Shown piece after piece: positions 59,317 to 64,000 of a DNA stretch of 64,000 nucleotides. The notes beneath the pieces are model-generated. The model was given only the letters and a program-made list of their open reading frames with translations, was not told where the DNA came from and did not search any database. The stretch comes from an uncultured Gammaproteobacteria bacterium. Lineage in GTDB: Bacteria > Pseudomonadota > Gammaproteobacteria > UBA9214. The translations under genes were made by a program, and so were the position numbers. The first letter of the stretch is position 1. Each line of letters begins with the position of its first letter. Where the stretch lies: the NCBI GenBank assembly GCA_963701505.1, contig CAVOZZ010000012.1, forward strand, positions 80,219-144,218, in the 5' to 3' direction.

Positions 59317-60372
59317 ATGTCCGAAATACAAACCATCCAGGAGCAGATAAAGTCCGCGGCTGCCAGTGGTACACCTCTATCCATACAGGGCGGCAACAGC
59401 AAGCCCTTCTATGGCCGCACGCGACACGGCGAGGTCCTGTCTGTCAGGGAACACCACGGCATCATCGATTACACACCCTCTGAACTGGTGATATCCGCAC
59501 GCGCGGGCACCCCGCTTGCCGAACTGGAATCCGTGCTTGAAGAGGAAGGCCAGATGCTGGCCTTTGAGCCCGCACATTTTGGAGACCGTGCCACGCTGGG
59601 TGGCACCATCGCCTGCGCATTCTCCGGCCCACGCCGCCCCTATGCCGGTGCGGCAAGGGATTTTGTGCTGGGCATCAACTGTATCAACGGTAGCGGCGAA
59701 TGGCTGCGTTTTGGGGGCCAGGTCATGAAGAACGTGGCCGGTTATGATGTCTCCAGGACACTGACCGGATCACTCGGCACACTGGCGGTTCTGCTCGACA
59801 TCCACTTGCGTGTACTACCACGACCGGAAACCGAGATCACCCTGCAACAGGCCTGTGATGCAGCAACGGCCATCCAGCGTTGCAATGCCCTGGCAGCACA
59901 GTCGTTGCCGGTCTCTGCCAGCTGTCACATGGATGGAAAGCTGGCTATCCGCCTCTCAGGCATGGAACAGGGCGTCAAGGCAGCGGCAGCCGGCATCGGT
60001 GGCGAGATCCTGGAGGATGCGGCGGATTTCTGGCTACAGCTACGCGAGCAGCAACTAGCGTTTTTTTCTGGGGATCGGCCACTGTGGCGCCTGTCCGTCC
60101 CACCCGCAACAGAATCGCTTGCACTTGAGGGTGACACCCTGCTGGACTGGGGTGGCGCGCAACGCTGGCTCAGGAGCGAGCAACCGGCAGACATCATCCG
60201 CACCATCACCGGCTCCACCGGGGGACACGCCACCCTGTTTCGTGGCGGCGACCACAACGGTGAGGTGTTTCATCCATTGCCAGCGGAGCTGCTGGCCTTG
60301 CACCAGCGTTTAAAAATGCGCTTTGACCCTGCCGGAATCCTGAACCCGGGCCGGATGTACCGCGAACTGTAA
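59317..60372 (+). CDS. glcE: Glycolate oxidase FAD-binding subunit GlcE
   Basis: The 351-aa ORF has an FAD-binding PCMH fold (LSIQGGNSKPFYG...KNVAGYDVSR). It lies between glcD and glcF. Confidence 0.88.
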   Translation: MSEIQTIQEQIKSAAASGTPLSIQGGNSKPFYGRTRHGEVLSVREHHGIIDYTPSELVISARAGTPLAELESVLEEEGQMLAFEPAHFGDRATLGGTIACAFSGPRRPYAGAARDFVLGINCINGSGEWLRFGGQVMKNVAGYDVSRTLTGSLGTLAVLLDIHLRVLPRPETEITLQQACDAATAIQRCNALAAQSLPVSASCHMDGKLAIRLSGMEQGVKAAAAGIGGEILEDAADFWLQLREQQLAFFSGDRPLWRLSVPPATESLALEGDTLLDWGGAQRWLRSEQPADIIRTITGSTGGHATLFRGGDHNGEVFHPLPAELLALHQRLKMRFDPAGILNPGRMYREL

Positions 60373-60374
60373 TC

Positions 60375-61618
60375 ATGCAAACCTCTTTGCCACAGCAATT
60401 GTTGCAAACCGCTTCCGGACAGGAAGCAGATGAAATCCTGCGTAATTGTGTGCATTGCGGATTCTGCAATGCGACCTGCCCGACCTACCAGCTGACCGGC
60501 GATGAACTGGATGGTCCACGCGGCCGCATCTACCTGATCAAGCAGGTCCTCGAGGGCCAGCAGGCAACCCGCACGACACAGCGTCATCTTGACCGCTGCC
60601 TCAGCTGCCGCGCCTGTGAAACCACCTGCCCCTCCGGCGTGGATTACCATCGCCTGCTGGATACCGGACGCGAGCTGGTTGAGCAACGGGTCGAACGGAC
60701 CGTCGGTGACCGCCTGTTGCGGCGTACCCTGCGCATGCTGTTGCCATGGCCAGCCCGTTTTGCGCCCTTGTTACGCCTCGGCCAGGTGGTCCGGCCACTG
60801 CTGCCTGCGGCACTGAAGCAACACGTCCCTGCAAGGCGAGGACATTCCCCGAGCACTGCCCGGCAAGCCGCATGACCGGGTGATGCTGTTACTGAATGGC
60901 TGCGTACAGCCCTCACTGGCGCCACAAATCAACAGTGCAACCATTCGGGTGCTGGATGCACTGGGCATCAGCGTAGCAGTCGAAAAAGGCAGCGGTTGCT
61001 GCGGCGCCCTCAGTTATCACCTCAACGCAACCAGTGAGGCACAGGCCTTCATGCGTACCAACATCGATGCCTGGTGGCCGGCAATCGAACAGGGTGCAGA
61101 AGCCATTGTCGTAACCGCCAGTGGCTGCGCACCGATGGTCAAGGACTACGGCCGTCTACTGGCAGCAGACAGTGCCTATGCCGACAAGGCAAGACGTGTC
61201 AGCGAACTGGCAAGGGATATCAGTGAAATCATTACCGCTGAATTCAGGTCCTCGATGCCTTTGCAAAGACGGAGGCGGACAGCCGCATTGCGTTTCATTC
61301 ACCCTGTACCCTGCAGCACGCCCAGCGCATCACGGGCAAGGTGGAGAGACATACTCACCCGACTCGGGTTTACACTTAACCGCGGTCCGCAACAGTCACC
61401 TCTGTTGCGGCTCGGCAGGCAGCTACTCGATCCTGGAGCCCGGACTTGCAACCGCACTGCGCGACAACAAGCTGGCTACCTTGCAGGCCGACCGGCCTGC
61501 TATGATCGCGACCGCCAATATCGGCTGCCTGATGCACATGACTGCGCATGCCGGGGTACCGGTTAGGCACTGGATAGAATTGCTTGAACCACTGATACGC
61601 CAACAGGACACGACATAA
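60375..61618 (+). pseudogene. glcF: Glycolate oxidase iron-sulfur subunit GlcF, frame-disrupted (about 4 shifts, near 60832, 61243, 61345 and 61378)
   Basis: Two 4Fe-4S motifs are present (CVHCGFCNATCPT, CLSCRACETTCPS). CCG-domain pieces (LLLNGCVQPSLAP, RIAFHSPCTLQHAQRITGKVE, DILTRLGFTL, SHLCCGSAGSYS) are spread over three frames. Confidence 0.88.
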
Positions 61619-61619
61619 A

Positions 61620-62444
61620 ATGACCATGAGCGAGAATATTTTACCCCTGCTTATTGAACCGGATGAACTGGAGAAAACATTAACGGCTGACAATCTCCTG
61701 GTTGTTGATCTTGTGCAAGGCGGAGACCTACCGGAAGATGCATATCCCCGGCGCCGTGCACCTGGAATACCCGCAGATCATTGCCATCAGCAAGCCGTCA
61801 ATGGGTCTGGTGCCGGATGATGCCACGCTGGCCAGCGTGTTCTCCTCACTGGGCATCGACGAGCACACTCATGTGGTCGCCTATGACGACGAGGGTGGCG
61901 GTCGTGCCTCGCGCCTGTTATGGACACTCGAGGTGGCAGGACATAAACGATACTCATTGCTTAACGGTGGTCTTCATGCCTGGGCCAACGAAGGCCATCC
62001 GCCTTGACGCCACAGCCGTTGCACCGAGTTGCAACAACATTCCATGTGCGGCGTAATAACGAGCCGAGTGTCGACAGTGCCTATATCAGCGAACGGCTTG
62101 GCCATGTTGATTGCTGCCTGCTGGATGCACGCAGCCCGGACGAATACAACGGCATCAGGAAGTATGCCGATCGTGCCGGTCATATTCCGGGTGCGGTAAA
62201 CCTCGAGTGGACACAGGCCATCGATCCCGCTCGCAATATGCGGCTCAGGACCGCTGCAGAATTAAACGCCTTATTGTCGCCGCTTGGCATCACCGCCGAC
62301 AAGGAAGTGATCACCTACTGCCAGACGCACCACCGCTCTGCGCATACCTACATCATGCTCAGGCAACTGGGCTTTGAAAAGGTGAAAGGTTATCCGGGTT
62401 CCTGGTCGGACTGGGGAAACAATCCCGATCTGCCGGTCGAATAA
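61620..62444 (+). pseudogene. Tandem-rhodanese sulfurtransferase (thiosulfate/3-mercaptopyruvate type), frame-disrupted (2 or more shifts, near 61712 and 62005-62025)
   Basis: The N-terminal inactive rhodanese domain reads HIPGAVHLEY...RLLWTLEVAGH. The C-terminal active domain has catalytic-loop ITYCQTHHRSAH. The fragments are ORFs 61620-61820, 61702-62007 and 62004-62444. Confidence 0.82.
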
Positions 62445-62452
62445 ACAAACCT

Positions 62453-62520
62453 GCAGGAGCACGCGTCCCCGCCGCGATTGTTTTTTATCCACCAAATCGC
62501 GGCGGGGACGCCGCTCCTGC
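62453..62520. terminator. Long GC-rich hairpin between convergent rhodanese and orn genes
   Basis: GCAGGAGCACGCGTCCCCGCCGCGATT - 15-nt loop - AATCGCGGCGGGGACGCCGCTCCTGC forms a stem of about 26 bp with one bulge. Confidence 0.55.
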
Positions 62521-62527
62521 AATTCGA

Positions 62528-63076
62528 TTAGTATTTAAAAAAACTCTCCCGGTAATAGCGCAATTCACGAATCGAATCACGGGTATCATCCAGCGCCAGG
62601 TGCGTACCGCCTTTCCTGAAGCCACTCAGCAGATTCGGTGGCGCCCAGCGCATCATCAACTCCTTGATGGTGCTGACATCCAGGTTTCTGTAATGAAAAA
62701 ACGCCTCCAGCTTTGGCATGCAGCGCGCCATAAAGCGACGGTCCTGGCAGATACTGTTGCCACACATCGGTGAGGCACCCGCCGGGACATGTTCAGCCAG
62801 AAATTCGATTGTCTGGCGCTCTGCCTCGGCCTCATCCAGGTTGCTGTTGCGCACCCGTTCGACCAGGCCGGACTGACCATGTTGCCGGGTATTCCATTCG
62901 TCCATGGCGTTGAGCACTTCGCCGGGCTGATGGATGGCCAGCACCGGTCCTTCTGCCAGAATATTCAGTTGCGCATCGGTCACGATGGTGGCAATTTCTA
63001 TAATCCTGTCCGTGGTGGTGTCCAGTCCGGTCATTTCCAGGTCGATCCAGATCAGGTTGTTGGCATCTTGCGTCAT
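62528..63076 (-). CDS. orn: Oligoribonuclease
   Basis: The sequence is [19 protein letters not shown]...[10 protein letters not shown] (DEDDh exonuclease motifs). The ORF track extends to 63088. Confidence 0.94.
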   Translation of the reverse strand: MTQDANNLIWIDLEMTGLDTTTDRIIEIATIVTDAQLNILAEGPVLAIHQPGEVLNAMDEWNTRQHGQSGLVERVRNSNLDEAEAERQTIEFLAEHVPAGASPMCGNSICQDRRFMARCMPKLEAFFHYRNLDVSTIKELMMRWAPPNLLSGFRKGGTHLALDDTRDSIRELRYYRESFFKY

Positions 63077-63168
63077 GTAGCACATCATCCATTCAAAGAT
63101 TAAGGTTGAGTCGCATTGTAGCAGAGGCTAATCTGCCAGATGCCACTACACGAGACCATGTTATCGAC

Positions 63169-64000
63169 ATGAATACATTCACTTATTTATTTCTGCTTGC
63201 CCTCACCGGTTCACTGGTCGTGCGTTTCTGGCTGGCCGCACGTCAGTATGGCCCATGTCAGCAAACACCGCGACACCGTCCCCGCGTCGTTTGCCGGCCG
63301 CATACCGCTTGAAGACCACCACAAGGCGGCGGACTACACCCTGACAAACACCCGCATTGGCATGATCGCGCTGATCTACGACAGCCTGCTGCTGCTGGGC
63401 TGGACACTTGGCGGCGGTCTGGAGTGGCTGGACAACAGCTGGCGCGGCGCTGGCCTGCACCCGGTCATCACCGGCACTGCCGTGATGTTCAGCGCCCTGG
63501 TGATTATGACGCTGCTGGACCTGCCATTTTCCCTGTACCACACCTTTGTCGTTGAAGAACGCTTCGGTTTCAACCGTTCCACGCCCGGCGTGTTCCTTGC
63601 TGACCTGCTGAAAAACGCGCTGTTGCTGGTCGTCATCGGCGGACCGTTAATCGCACTGGCCTTGTGGATCATGGAGGCATCGGGTGGTCTGTGGTGGCTG
63701 TACCTGTGGGGCGTCTGGATGGTATTCACGCTGGTGATGTTCTGGGCCTACCCGTCGGTTATTGCTCCGCTGTTCAATAAATTCTCGCCGCTGGACAATG
63801 AGGCACTGAAGCAGCGCATCCAGGCGCTGATGGATAAATGCGGCTTCCGCAGCAAGGGCATCTTTGTCATGGATGGTTCGAAACGCTCCGGCCATGGCAA
63901 CGCCTACTTCACCGGCTTCGGCAGCAACAAGCGCATCGTGTTCTTTGATACCCTGCTGGAATCCCTGAACCCGACCGAGATCGAGGCGGTGCTGGCACAC
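63169..64000 (+). pseudogene. M48-family (Ste24/HtpX-like) zinc metallopeptidase, frame-disrupted near 63245, 3' end beyond the window
   Basis: MNTFTYLFLLALTGSLVVRFWLAARQ is followed by a shift to VSKHRDTVPASFAGRIPLEDHHKAADYT... Multi-TM segments follow (...FNKFSPL...GNAYFTGFG.NKRIVFFDTLL). The window ends at AVLAH, just before the expected HEXXH motif. Confidence 0.8.

Noticed and set aside
62453-62520. A long inverted repeat considered as a possible CRISPR repeat, attC site or MITE.
   Set aside because: It is a single hairpin with no array, no flanking target-site duplication and no second copy seen in the window. Its position between two convergent genes fits a bidirectional terminator.

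Overview
This window is chromosomal DNA from a high-GC gammaproteobacterium, and its core gene order closely follows Pseudomonas/E. coli blocks. All functional calls come from reading the translated ORFs against remembered family signatures and synteny. No searches were run, and frameshift positions are approximate.

Gene content from left to right:
- rpsR-rpsF, rlmB, an OmpA-like lipoprotein, rnr and tRNA-Leu(CAG).
- A long minus-strand block: purA-hisZ-yjeT-hflC-hflK-hflX-hfq-miaA-mutL-amiB-tsaE-nnr.
- queG, rsmI, and lpoA-yraN-diaA-dolP.
- A secreted hypothetical protein, trhO and a low-GC corA remnant.
- der-bamB-yfgM-hisS-rodZ-pilW-rlmN-ndk.
- A malyl-CoA lyase gene next to malate-thiokinase-like (SucCD-family) genes.
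- A lower-GC accessory/envelope island of about 12.5 kb (roughly 38.7-51.2 kb).
- An isc operon (iscR-iscS-iscA-hscB-hscA-fdx-iscX) with no iscU.
- A DUF1249 gene, glcDEF, a tandem rhodanese, orn and an M48 peptidase running off the window end.

There is one tRNA. I found no rRNA, no CRISPR array and no transposase or integrase.

Main points:
1. The island starts with a tightly packed four-gene operon. It encodes a secreted retropepsin-like protease, an inactive-transglutaminase/7TM membrane protein, a RimK-related ATP-grasp ligase and a secreted AstE/AspA-type hydrolase. To my knowledge this system is known only from comparative-genomic prediction, and it is my best candidate for an undescribed system.
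2. The same island carries a Gly/Tyr-rich secreted protein resembling sulfur-globule envelope proteins. It also carries a secreted protein built from four copies of an unrecognised Cys-containing repeat of about 52 aa, a CpxP/Spy-like protein, a hybrid kinase with a NarL-type regulator, and two outer-membrane beta-barrel proteins.
3. About 24 conserved genes carry roughly 50 frame changes that occur in patches, while a stretch of about 22 kb has none. Two ORFs stay open only through compensating frameshift pairs.
4. ispG is missing from its usual place between rodZ and hisS, and rodZ is truncated.
5. A dispersed palindromic repeat built from CACGGAA units has three copies. A second family of short CCCTCTC/GAGAGGG hairpins is also present.
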